Below are positions 40,767 to 49,621 of a DNA stretch of 64,000 bases, piece by piece. The DNA comes from Verrucomicrobiota bacterium. GTDB taxonomy: Bacteria; Verrucomicrobiota; Verrucomicrobiia; Verrucomicrobiales; JBCCJK01. Position 1 is the stretch's first letter; every line of letters starts with the position of its first letter. The translations under genes were made by a program, and so were the position numbers. The notes under the pieces were generated by a model, which did no database searches, was not told where the DNA came from, and worked only from the letters and a program-made list of their open reading frames with translations. The DNA lies in assembly GCA_039027815.1 (NCBI GenBank), contig JBCCJK010000003.1, positions 11,603 through 75,602 of the forward strand, written 5' to 3'.

Positions 40767-43211
40767 CTAGAAGGATTCCAGGAAATTGAGAGGCTCGGGC
40801 GGAGACAGCGAGACCCGATAATCGTCCCGCCCGCCCGTGGCCCGACGCACCACGGAGGCTTTGCGGACGGTGGTCCCGTCCGAAGCGGTGACATCGTCTT
40901 GGATCGCCTCCGCCAGGACGGGCACCACGACCGCGGCATAGGGATCGATGCCCTCCACCACGGGAGCCTGAGGGATGACGCTGGTGGCACCCGTGGCCGC
41001 GTAGGGAAGGGGCGTGGCGATCCATGGGGCGAGGCTGCCTTCCCGATCGAAGAGAAGATCCGACTCGCGCGTGTGGACATGACAGCGCCCCGTGACCGCT
41101 TGGCCCGGCTTGAGGTATTCGGTGTAGGTGGTGCGATTCATAATGCGCTGGCCCCCTTCGGCATCGATGACCTCATAGCAGTAGTCGGTAGCCGGCCGAC
41201 CCGAAATCCGGCACATCTCGGCGGGGGTCAAGGTGCCGGGAGGCAGGATTTCGCCCGGCGGCTGGCGTCGGTAGGCCTCGTTCATGATGGCAGTCCAAAT
41301 CGGAAGGACCGTTTCGTTGCTGAAAGCGCCCGGATAAATGCCCCTCGGAAAGTCGAAGCCAGCCCAGACTCCGCAGGTCAGGTCGGCGTTGTAGCCGATG
41401 AACCAATTGTCTGTGAAATTGTAAGCCGTGCTCGTCTTGCCGGCAGCCGTTTCATCTTCCAAGCCATAGCGCAGGTAAGCCTGGCTGCCGGTTCCCTCTT
41501 CGAGAGCAGCTCTCAGAGAATGGTGCACTTGGAAAGCGGTCTCTTCGTCGGTCACCCGCTGGAGGGGCGGCGTGGGGGGCAACTGATAGACCAGGCGCCC
41601 CTCAGCGTCCTCGATCCGGTCCACCAAGGTGAGCTCTTCTGGTATCACCCCGCCATTGGGGAAAGCGGTGAAGGCTCGGCAATATTCCTTTAGGCTGATG
41701 GGTTCTTGTCCCACAAAGAGCTTATTGAAGTAGCGCTCGGCCGGCATGGCGATCCCGAAGCGCCGCACGAAATCGAGGACCCGAGTCAGGCCGATTTCCT
41801 CGCCCAGACGGACCGTGGAACCAATCTTCGAAAAAAGCAGCGCTTGGCGGGCGGTGATTTCCCCGGCGTGGTAATTGACATTCGATTCCACTCCCCATTC
41901 TCCGAGAATGCCCGTGATTCCTCCGACCATGACCCGCCGGGCATCGATCGGCTCATCAAGCACAAGGCTGGCCGGGTGGTGATCGCCTTGCTCAAAAGCA
42001 GCCCCGTAAACAAAGGTCGTGAAGCCGGTCCCAGCCGGCCGCCGGGCTTGGAGCGCACGGTTGAACTCGCTGTCCTCGTAGTCGCGTCCCCCGACCAAGG
42101 CTCGCACCCGGCCACTCCGGTTGTCGATCACCAGGGCGGCCCCTTGCAGGTAATTTTGCCGACCGGCCTCTCCGCGATCGCGACGCTCTTGGAACTCGGC
42201 GTAGGTCTCATGGCCATACTCCTCGCGATTCTCCACCTTGGTCAGCTGCTCTTGGAGCGCCTCCTGGGCCCGCTGCTGGAGTTCTTGGTCGATGGTGGTG
42301 TAAATGCGAAAGCCCCCTTCCATGGCCTTATCAAAGCCCACCTGCTGGATGACTTGGGCCCGCACCCGCTGAAGGACATAGGAGTCTTTCAAGACTTTGG
42401 GATTGAGGACCACCGGTCGGGCCTTGAATTGGAGGTAATCACTTTCATGCAGCATTTTCTCCGTTTTCATTCGGAGCAGCACATTGTTGCGAGAGTTCTT
42501 CGCTCGCTCGGGATGGCGGAGTGGGGTGAGATTTTCCGGGCTTTTCACCAGGCCCACCAAGAGAGCCGATTCGTCAATCGTGAGATCCCGCGGTTCCTTG
42601 CCAAAATAACCCTGGGCAGCCGCATACACTCCGTAAAAGCCGCTCCCGAAGTAGATCCGATTGAGATACATTTCGAGAATCTCGGACTTGGTGAACTCCT
42701 TCTCGATGCGACGAGCTAAGAAAGCTTCCACGATCTTTCGCTTCAGGCTTCGCTCCATCAGATCATAGGCATTTCGGGCCAGCTGCTGGGTGATGGTGCT
42801 GGCGCCCTGGGTGGTGCGGCCCGCTAGGGCATTCAAAATCGCGGCCCGCATGATGCCGATGTAGTCCACCCCCTCGTGCTCGAAGAAGCGGGAATCCTCC
42901 GCCGCAGTGATCGCTTGGATGAAATGCATCGGCAAATCGGTCAGGCGCACGATTCGTCGATTCATGGTGTAGATCCGACCAATCTCCCGGCCAGCATTGT
43001 CATAGACCGAGCTGGCAACCTCCAGATCGTTGATACTGGCAAAGTCAAACTCCTCCGCCCTTTCCTTGTAGGGCTTAAGAAAAAGAAGCAGGCCGATCAA
43101 CACCAACAACCCGACCGTCACACCACACAAAAGAGTCCAGAGAAACCACGGACGGGTGTAGAAGTGGTTTTTGTAAACCTGAGGCTTCCGTTTCTTGTTG
43201 GCTTTGCCCAT
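40767..43211 (-). CDS. mrcA: class A penicillin-binding protein (PBP1A; GT51 transglycosylase + transpeptidase)
   Basis: AAEDSRFFEHEGVD, RTTQGASTITQQLARN and a transpeptidase region. The start is taken at MGKANKKRK (ATG 43211). Confidence 0.85.
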   Translation of the reverse strand: MGKANKKRKPQVYKNHFYTRPWFLWTLLCGVTVGLLVLIGLLLFLKPYKERAEEFDFASINDLEVASSVYDNAGREIGRIYTMNRRIVRLTDLPMHFIQAITAAEDSRFFEHEGVDYIGIMRAAILNALAGRTTQGASTITQQLARNAYDLMERSLKRKIVEAFLARRIEKEFTKSEILEMYLNRIYFGSGFYGVYAAAQGYFGKEPRDLTIDESALLVGLVKSPENLTPLRHPERAKNSRNNVLLRMKTEKMLHESDYLQFKARPVVLNPKVLKDSYVLQRVRAQVIQQVGFDKAMEGGFRIYTTIDQELQQRAQEALQEQLTKVENREEYGHETYAEFQERRDRGEAGRQNYLQGAALVIDNRSGRVRALVGGRDYEDSEFNRALQARRPAGTGFTTFVYGAAFEQGDHHPASLVLDEPIDARRVMVGGITGILGEWGVESNVNYHAGEITARQALLFSKIGSTVRLGEEIGLTRVLDFVRRFGIAMPAERYFNKLFVGQEPISLKEYCRAFTAFPNGGVIPEELTLVDRIEDAEGRLVYQLPPTPPLQRVTDEETAFQVHHSLRAALEEGTGSQAYLRYGLEDETAAGKTSTAYNFTDNWFIGYNADLTCGVWAGFDFPRGIYPGAFSNETVLPIWTAIMNEAYRRQPPGEILPPGTLTPAEMCRISGRPATDYCYEVIDAEGGQRIMNRTTYTEYLKPGQAVTGRCHVHTRESDLLFDREGSLAPWIATPLPYAATGATSVIPQAPVVEGIDPYAAVVVPVLAEAIQDDVTASDGTTVRKASVVRRATGGRDDYRVSLSPPEPLNFLESF

Positions 43212-43291
43212 AGCGCAGGGTTGGCAGGGACGCGAAACTCGGCCCGCCGAGGACAAGAACCACGACATCCCGACTCCCGCAAGCCCCCATC

Positions 43292-44860
43292 CTAGGCGAA
43301 GCCGAGGCCGTCTTTCGCCTGAGCGCCTGAGCTCTTGGCTCTCGCGGATGGAACAGCCGTTTTCCTTGGCTGATGGGACTTGCCGAAAGCAATCAGGACA
43401 CTAGAGTCCCTCTGGCAAGCTGGGGTGGTGAAATTGGTAGACACGCTTGGTTTAGGTTCAAGTGCTTCACGGCGTGCAGGTTCGAGTCCTGTCCCCAGTA
43501 TGGTTTCCTCTTGTGCCCGCAGCGAGGAGCCTTTTTGGAAACCGCCTCCCGCAACGCCTCTCCCACCAGGCTGCCGAATCAAGTGGTGGAACGGCCGTGC
43601 GCCTTTCGGGTCAGACCAAGGCACAGGGAGGGCGTGGTGCGGGCACGACCCAGCCTCCTCCCCAAAACCGGAAACTTGAAACTTCCGGCTCTTGGCCTCC
43701 CAGAAGCAATCGAGCAGGGGCCAGGAAAGCACCACCAACCCGAGCCCCAACACCAGCCACCCCAGACCAGCAAGGCGCCGTCGCAGCCAGAGAAGCCCGC
43801 CCGTCCAGCCCGCCACTCCAAAGTAAGCCAAGAGGCTCTGCAGGGGGAGGCAGGCCTCGACTCCGGAGGGACCAGCCCAGACCACCGTTGCCAACAAAGG
43901 CAGAAAAAAGAGGAGGGCCAGGCCATCGACTGTCCGCGCCCCCACTCGGGTCGCTCCTGCAAAAAAGGCAATGAGGTAACCGAGCGTCCCCAGCCAGAGC
44001 AGGCCGATCGGCAGGCTGCTGTCGACCAAAAGAGACCACCCTTGAAGCCCCTCCGGCGAAGCCGTCTGGGCGGCCTCGCCAGAAGGCAGGGGCCCTTGGG
44101 TGGCCCACTGCAAAAAAAGCGGCAGATTGACGAGGGCGACCGTCAGCAAACTCACCCCGATGGCACCGCTTAGGCGACGCCAAGCACCCCGGGACTCTCC
44201 CGGTCGCTCTCCCAGGGCAATAGCCAGCAGGATCAGCCAAACCGCCAGCAAAAGCCATCCGCCCACCCAGAGCGAAGACGCCACCAGCCCGGCCGCTGTC
44301 CCCAAACCCGCAGCCGAAAGGCCGTTGGGATGGCGGGCCATGAGGAGCGCGGCCCAAAGCGTCCCGGCCAGCCCCAGCCAAAGTCCACTCGAAAGACTGA
44401 AGACCTCGGATCGACCCCACATCCCCGGCAGCAAAGGAAGCCAAATCCCCAAGATGACCGCCGCCAGCACAGAGTGGCGGAACGACACCACCCAGACCAA
44501 CAAACCACAACCCAACGCCAGCCAAACGGCATCCAGGAAGCGAGCCGTCGCCAGCAGATCTCCCTCTCCTGCGAAGACGCCATGCAGCCATTGGGTGCTC
44601 CGCAGCATCCCCAGAGGCGAATCCATACTCCACACCCCCGATTCCATCTCCGCCACCAGTTGGACCTCCCCTGGCTGGGCCGGAGAAAGCGGCCCATTCG
44701 GCAGCAGCCAAAACAAGGCCCAGACAAAACTCGCCACCGTCGGCACCAGAGCCATCGGGTGCCAGAGCTGCCGAGTGGAAACCGCTCGCCGCTTCCCCGG
44801 GAGGTAGGCGGCTTCCATTCCGTAAGTCAGATTCCCATTCATTGGCCTCCGCCCCTTCAT
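43292..44860 (-). CDS. polytopic membrane protein (nine or more hydrophobic helices), function unknown; 3' end uncertain
   Basis: Long run of hydrophobic helices up to about aa 385. The remaining ~135 codons are low-complexity and read antisense through the tRNA-Leu gene. Confidence 0.5.
   Translation of the reverse strand: MKGRRPMNGNLTYGMEAAYLPGKRRAVSTRQLWHPMALVPTVASFVWALFWLLPNGPLSPAQPGEVQLVAEMESGVWSMDSPLGMLRSTQWLHGVFAGEGDLLATARFLDAVWLALGCGLLVWVVSFRHSVLAAVILGIWLPLLPGMWGRSEVFSLSSGLWLGLAGTLWAALLMARHPNGLSAAGLGTAAGLVASSLWVGGWLLLAVWLILLAIALGERPGESRGAWRRLSGAIGVSLLTVALVNLPLFLQWATQGPLPSGEAAQTASPEGLQGWSLLVDSSLPIGLLWLGTLGYLIAFFAGATRVGARTVDGLALLFFLPLLATVVWAGPSGVEACLPLQSLLAYFGVAGWTGGLLWLRRRLAGLGWLVLGLGLVVLSWPLLDCFWEAKSRKFQVSGFGEEAGSCPHHALPVPWSDPKGARPFHHLIRQPGGRGVAGGGFQKGSSLRAQEETILGTGLEPARREALEPKPSVSTNFTTPACQRDSSVLIAFGKSHQPRKTAVPSARAKSSGAQAKDGLGFA
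43419..43500 (+). tRNA. tRNA-Leu(UAG): tRNA-Leu (anticodon UAG), class II with long variable arm, no encoded CCA
   Basis: Hand-folded cloverleaf. Acceptor stem GCTGGGG/CCCCAGT (G1-U72 wobble). D-arm GTG-AAATTGGTAGA-CAC. Anticodon stem CTTGG/TCAAG with loop TTTAGGT. Variable arm GCTTCACGGC. T-arm GCAGG-TTCGAGT-CCTGT. Discriminator A. Confidence 0.8.
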
Positions 44861-44910
44861 AGAAAGCCGCCACTAGGTCAAGCGACCACCCTCCGCCAGT
44901 TCAGAAAAAT

Positions 44911-44926
44911 ATCTTGACATCAAGAT
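44911..44926. promoter_or_regulatory. palindromic operator candidate ATCTTGA-CA-TCAAGAT upstream of the MarR gene
   Basis: Perfect 7-bp inverted arms, 22 nt upstream of ATG 44948. The same half-sites recur at 45404-45424. Confidence 0.6.
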
Positions 44927-44947
44927 AAATTCGGGTTACCGAGAAGG

Positions 44948-45394
44948 ATGCTTGGTCAGCAGACCCAGACCAAAGTTCCAGCCACCAAGGTTTTCTTGGT
45001 GCTCTGGCGAGCTTGGGATCGTTTGAAGGCGGTGGATCGTCGAAGCATCGCCACCACCGGCCTGAATTTTTCGGATTTCGCCGTTCTGGAGGCCTTGCTT
45101 CACAAGGGCCCCTTACCGGTCAACACCATTGGTCGGAAAGTGGGCCTCACCAGCGGCTCCATCACCACGGCAGTGGATCGACTGGAGGCAAAAAAGCTCG
45201 TGCGCCGGGTTACCAGTCCGGAAGACGGGCGCGTCGTGCTAGTGCACCTGACCGCCTCGGGCCGTCGACTCATTGAGCGAGCCTTCGACGCCCATGCCGA
45301 AAACCTGGAAACAGCCCTCGACCACCTCAACCAAAACGAACGTAAAGCCCTCGTGCGCTTATTGAAAAAACTCGGCACCCTCCTCCCGGAATAA
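44948..45394 (+). CDS. MarR-family transcriptional regulator (MhqR-like by context)
   Basis: wHTH LPVNTIGRKVGLTSGSITTAVDRLEAKKLVRR. 148 aa. Confidence 0.8.
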   Translation: MLGQQTQTKVPATKVFLVLWRAWDRLKAVDRRSIATTGLNFSDFAVLEALLHKGPLPVNTIGRKVGLTSGSITTAVDRLEAKKLVRRVTSPEDGRVVLVHLTASGRRLIERAFDAHAENLETALDHLNQNERKALVRLLKKLGTLLPE

Positions 45395-45403
45395 AATTTT
45401 TGC

Positions 45404-45424
45404 TCAAGTATCTTGAAGTCAAGA
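45404..45424. promoter_or_regulatory. operator candidate TCAAG-TA-TCTTGA-AG-TCAAGA upstream of the dioxygenase-esterase gene
   Basis: Same TCTTGA/TCAAGA half-sites as the site at 44911-44926. Lies 18 nt upstream of ATG 45442. Confidence 0.55.
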
Positions 45425-45441
45425 CAATCACCCACCTGAAT

Positions 45442-47007
45442 ATGAACCTGACAGAAGCTCCCCATCCGGCCACCGCGACGGCCTCCCCGGGCCTCCATCA
45501 TCTCACCGCCATCGCCAGCTCCGCGTCGGAGAACCACCGCTTCTACACCGAAGTCCTCGGCTTGCGTTTGGTGAAGAAAACCGTCAACTTTGACGATCCC
45601 CACACCTACCATCTTTATTACGGCGATGAGGTCGGCTCGCCTGGCACGATCCTCACCTTCTTTCCTTGGGAGGACCTCTCTCCCGGTCGGGCCGGCGCCG
45701 GATCCGTCACCTCCCTTGCCTTCGAAATCCCCGAGGGCAGTGCCTCCTGGTGGACGGCTCACCTCGCCCGCCACGATCTCCGCCCTGAGGCCGAAGTCCG
45801 CTTCGGTCAAAAGACCTTGGTCTTCTCTGATCCGGACGGCCTCGGCCTGGCACTCGTGGAAACCCCAGCCAGCCAAAGCCAGCCTTGGGGCCAAGGCACC
45901 GTGCCGGCCCTCCACGCCATCCGGCGCTTTCACTCCGCCACCTTGAGCTATCGCAAAGTGGGCGAAGTGGCCCAGCTTTTGCAAGGACCTTTCGGCTTAG
46001 AGGAAGCAGGACAGGAGGGCGCTCGCACCCGCTACGCCTTCACGAGCGAAGGCGCTTCGGGCTACCTGGATCTCGTAATGGACCCCAGCCTGCCGCCCGG
46101 TCGCCAAGGCACAGGGACCGTTCATCACCTGGCCTTGCGGGCGCGCGATGACCAGCATGAACGAGAACTTCGCGAGCACCTCACTCGCTTTCACCCCACG
46201 CCGGTCATCGACCGACAATACTTCCACTCGGTCTACTTTCGGGAACCCGGAGGGGTACTCTTCGAAATCGCGACCGATCAACCCGGTTTCTCAGTCGACG
46301 AACCACTCGAAGCCCTCGGCCAAAGCCTTCTTCTCCCTCCCCAGCACGAAGCCTTGCGAGCGCAGCTGGAGCGGACGCTTCCTCGTTTGGACAGCTGTCT
46401 AACCTTCCGCCACCGGTGGGAAGAAGCCAAGCACTCCACCGGACGCACCCTTTTCGCCTTCCACGGCACCGGAGGCAATGAGAACGACCTCCTGCCCTTC
46501 GTCCGTCAACTGGATGCGCAATCGGCCATTCTCAGCCCTCGGGGCAAGGTCTTGGAAAACGGCATGCCCCGCTTCTTCCGTCGCCTGCGTGAAGGCCTGT
46601 TCGATGAAGAAGACCTCATCGCGCGGACCGACGAATTAGCCGCCTTTCTCCGCCAAGCCGCGCGGGAATACCCCGTGGAAGGCAAGCGCCTGGCCATTGG
46701 CTACTCCAACGGAGCCAACATCGCGGCCTCGCTTCTCTTGCAGCAACCGGACACTTTGGATGGTGCCATTCTTCTGCGTGCCATGTTGCCGCGGGAAGTC
46801 GCGAGCTTGCCAGACCTCTCGGGCAAGACCGTTCTCCTGCTGACCGGGGAGAGCGATTCCCTCATTCCCCGCGCCAGCAGCCTCCGTCTTTTGGAACTTT
46901 TGGAAGAAGCCGGTGCGGAAGTGGCTCATCATGATCTGCCCACTGGTCACAGCCTGGTCCCGGAAGACCTCACCCTTTCGAAAACCTGGCTGCAGGAAAA
47001 TGCCTGA
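45442..47007 (+). CDS. fusion of a VOC-family ring-cleaving (hydroquinone) dioxygenase (MhqA/E/O-like) with a C-terminal phospholipase/carboxylesterase-type alpha/beta hydrolase (MhqD-like)
   Basis: HHLTAIASSASENHRFYTEVLGLRLVKKTVNFDDPHTYHLYYGD and VHHLALRA belong to the dioxygenase part. From ~aa 330, LFAFHGTGGNENDL and IGYSNGANIA (nucleophile elbow) belong to the esterase part. ATG 45442 is preferred over the TTG at 45400. Confidence 0.75.
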   Translation: MNLTEAPHPATATASPGLHHLTAIASSASENHRFYTEVLGLRLVKKTVNFDDPHTYHLYYGDEVGSPGTILTFFPWEDLSPGRAGAGSVTSLAFEIPEGSASWWTAHLARHDLRPEAEVRFGQKTLVFSDPDGLGLALVETPASQSQPWGQGTVPALHAIRRFHSATLSYRKVGEVAQLLQGPFGLEEAGQEGARTRYAFTSEGASGYLDLVMDPSLPPGRQGTGTVHHLALRARDDQHERELREHLTRFHPTPVIDRQYFHSVYFREPGGVLFEIATDQPGFSVDEPLEALGQSLLLPPQHEALRAQLERTLPRLDSCLTFRHRWEEAKHSTGRTLFAFHGTGGNENDLLPFVRQLDAQSAILSPRGKVLENGMPRFFRRLREGLFDEEDLIARTDELAAFLRQAAREYPVEGKRLAIGYSNGANIAASLLLQQPDTLDGAILLRAMLPREVASLPDLSGKTVLLLTGESDSLIPRASSLRLLELLEEAGAEVAHHDLPTGHSLVPEDLTLSKTWLQENA

Positions 47008-47067
47008 AGCCCCTCCTATCTCCTACCACACTCGAAGCAAAGAAACTGCGAACCCATACCCAAATCC

Positions 47068-47460
47068 ATGAATGCCATCATCCAACTCCTCGGCCGTCTC
47101 GCCCTCACCGCCATCTTCGCCTTGAGCGCCCTGGGCAAACTCTCGGACTTCCCCGGAACCGTCGAAAAAATGAAAAGCGTCTCGGTCCCCGCACCGGAAG
47201 TCCTGCTACCGATTTCGATCGCCGCCCTCGTCTTGGGAAGTCTCTCTTTGGCCTTGGGGCTTCGCGCCCGACTGGGAGCGCTCGCCCTCATCGGCTTCCT
47301 CATGGCGGCCACCTGGTTCTTCCACAATCCCTCCGATCCTGAACAAATGATTGCCTTCCTCAAGAACCTCGCCCTCATGGGCGGCCTCCTCATGGTGGTG
47401 AGCTCAGGCTCGGGCTCGCTCTCGCTCGATCGTCTGCTCTTCAAAAAGAAAAAGAAGTAA
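47068..47460 (+). CDS. doxX: DoxX-family membrane protein
   Basis: 130 aa with four hydrophobic helices. LGRLALTAIFALSALGKL is a typical DoxX N-terminus. Confidence 0.7.
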   Translation: MNAIIQLLGRLALTAIFALSALGKLSDFPGTVEKMKSVSVPAPEVLLPISIAALVLGSLSLALGLRARLGALALIGFLMAATWFFHNPSDPEQMIAFLKNLALMGGLLMVVSSGSGSLSLDRLLFKKKKK

Positions 47461-47665
47461 TACCAAGCTGCAGAATTGGCTGGTAGAATGGCCGAGTGGA
47501 TTTCGGGCCAGACCAAGGCGCGACGAGGGCGCGGTGCAGGCACCGTAACCGAGGAGCAACGCAGCGCTGGCTCGAAAGACACCGGCTCTCCCTTCCTCGC
47601 GCTTCAGCGCCTCTTCCCCACAACACCTCCCCTCCATTCTTCCAGTGAATTCTGGTGGTTGGTAT
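47460..47665 (+). repeat. 206-bp TIR-bounded MITE-like element, copy c
   Basis: Full-length match to copies a, b and d. Its first base is the last base of the doxX TAA stop. Confidence 0.9.
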
Positions 47666-47677
47666 AAGGCCCACGCC

Positions 47678-48577
47678 ATGAACACCATTGCCCTCGACCA
47701 AGTCCGGGAGGCCCTTTCCGCCCAGCCGAAGCCCCACCTGCTCGACGTTCGCTTGGCCGATGACTTCGCCGTCTCCCACATCCAGGGAGCCGAAAGCGCC
47801 CCCGTCTTCCCCGTCACGTTTCTGCAAGACGTGGCCGCCCTCGTCGACCGGAAAGACACCCCCCTCCTCGTCTACGGGGCGGACGCCGAAAGCCGTGAAT
47901 CCCAACTGGCCGCCGAAAAGCTCGAAAACGCTGGCTACACCGCCGTGCGGGATTTCATGGGCGGCTTGGCGGCTTGGGAACAGGCGGGAGGTCCAGTGGA
48001 GAGGGGAGCCACGCCGCCGCCGCCCCCGGCGGCCCCCGAGGGAGAACTGGCCGTCGATCTGGCCGCCAGTCGTCTAGAATGGACCGGGCGCAACCTTCTC
48101 AACAAACACTGGGGCACGCTGCCCCTGAAAACCGGCGCCCTCGGCTTCGAAGGGGGGAAGCTGGTCAGCGGCTCCTTCGTCTTGGACCTCACTGGCATGG
48201 AATGCACTGACTTGGCAGGGCAGGAACTCCATCAAGTGCTCATCGACCACCTCCAGAGCGATGACTTCTTTCACACCGCCCAGTATCCCGAGGCTCAATT
48301 TGTCATCAGCGGAAGCCGCGTTCTGGAACCGACCAGCCTGGGAGCACCCAATCTCGCCCTTGAGGGCCACTTGACCCTCAAGGGCCAAACCCTTCCGCTC
48401 CAAATTCAAGCCGTGACCGGCCTGACGCCCGATGGCAAGGCCGCCGCCCAAGCGACTCTCTCCATCGACCGCACCCTCTGGCAGATTATCTACGGCTCGG
48501 GAAAACTCTTTCGCAATCCCGGCATGCATCTCGTCAATGACCTCATCGACATCGAACTAAAAATCGTGACCCTATAA
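47678..48577 (+). CDS. rhodanese-homology domain fused to a YceI-like domain
   Basis: LLDVRLADDFAVSHIQGAESAP is rhodanese-like. The active-site position reads VYGADAES, with no Cys. The C-terminal half has YceI-like DHLQSDDFFHTAQYPEAQF. Start at ATG 47678, 12 nt after the repeat. Confidence 0.7.
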   Translation: MNTIALDQVREALSAQPKPHLLDVRLADDFAVSHIQGAESAPVFPVTFLQDVAALVDRKDTPLLVYGADAESRESQLAAEKLENAGYTAVRDFMGGLAAWEQAGGPVERGATPPPPPAAPEGELAVDLAASRLEWTGRNLLNKHWGTLPLKTGALGFEGGKLVSGSFVLDLTGMECTDLAGQELHQVLIDHLQSDDFFHTAQYPEAQFVISGSRVLEPTSLGAPNLALEGHLTLKGQTLPLQIQAVTGLTPDGKAAAQATLSIDRTLWQIIYGSGKLFRNPGMHLVNDLIDIELKIVTL

Positions 48578-48602
48578 CCAGTAACCCAAACAACCGAACA
48601 AA

Positions 48603-49238
48603 ATGAAATCCAGACCCGCCCTCCTCCTCGCCGCCAGCTTCTTCGCCTTTTGGAGTTGCGCTGAAAACCCAGCCGACACCACCGCCGATGCCGAAGTCGG
48701 CGAAGCCCAAGAACAAGTCTCCACCCCAGCCCCTGGGGAAAGCGCCATCACTTATGTCTTGAGCGATGCCTCGACCATCGAATTTCTCGGCTCCAAGGCC
48801 GTGGGCAGCCACGGAGGCGGCTTCCGTGAATTCAGCGGACAATTCACCGTCGATGACGGCCAGTTGGTCGGAGATCAAAATAGCTTTGTCATCGATATGA
48901 AGTCCACCTGGTCGGACAACGACAACCTGACCAAACACCTGAAAAACGATGACTTCTTCAGCGTGCCCGACTTCCCCACCTCGACCTTCGTCCTGACCGG
49001 GATCGAAGAAAAGAGTCCCGGGCAATACAGCGTCACTGGCAATCTAGAGCTTCGCGGCGTCACCAAATCAGTGACCTTTCCGGCCGAAGTAGAAGTAAGT
49101 GATAGCCAAGTCACCATGAAGTCGAAGTTCGACATCAATCGCTTCGATTGGAATATCAAATACGCCGGAATGCAGGACAACCTCATTCGCCCCGAAGTCG
49201 TCATCACGCTCGATCTCATCGCTGAGCCAAAAGCCTGA
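48603..49238 (+). CDS. YceI-family lipoprotein
   Basis: Lipobox FWSCA. YceI motifs HLKNDDFFSVPDFPTSTF and NLELRGVTKSVTFP. Confidence 0.75.
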   Translation: MKSRPALLLAASFFAFWSCAENPADTTADAEVGEAQEQVSTPAPGESAITYVLSDASTIEFLGSKAVGSHGGGFREFSGQFTVDDGQLVGDQNSFVIDMKSTWSDNDNLTKHLKNDDFFSVPDFPTSTFVLTGIEEKSPGQYSVTGNLELRGVTKSVTFPAEVEVSDSQVTMKSKFDINRFDWNIKYAGMQDNLIRPEVVITLDLIAEPKA

Positions 49239-49333
49239 GACCGCCTTTTCATTCCCCTCTCCTTGCCACCAACCGGACCCGGAAGCGGGTCCGGTTCTTT
49301 TTTGCTGAGACGCTCCTCCCTACCCTTCTCCTC

Positions 49334-49539
49334 ATACCAAGCTGCAGAATTGGCTGGTAGAATGGCCGAGTGGATTTCGGGCCAGACCAAGGCGCGACGA
49401 GGGCGCGGTGCAGGCACCGTAACTGAGGAGCAACGCAGGGCTGGCTCGAAAGACACCGGCTCTCCCTTCCCCGCGCTTCAGCGCCTCTTCCCCACAACAC
49501 CTTCCCTCCATTCTACCAGTCAATTCTGGAGGTTGGTAT
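49334..49539 (+). repeat. 206-bp TIR-bounded MITE-like element, copy d
   Basis: Full-length match to copies a, b and c. Confidence 0.9.
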
Positions 49540-49621
49540 CAGGTGCGGGAGTTTGGTAGAAGGACCTTGCCAAAGAAGAGCATTTGGACTACACTACCTT
49601 TCTTTTTAACCCCTCAACTTC

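Noticed and set aside
43611-44873. 420-aa alternative-frame minus ORF overlapping the membrane-protein gene.
   Set aside because: It is Gly/Arg/Ala-rich with no hydrophobic periodicity. The 43292-44860 frame encodes coherent TM helices.
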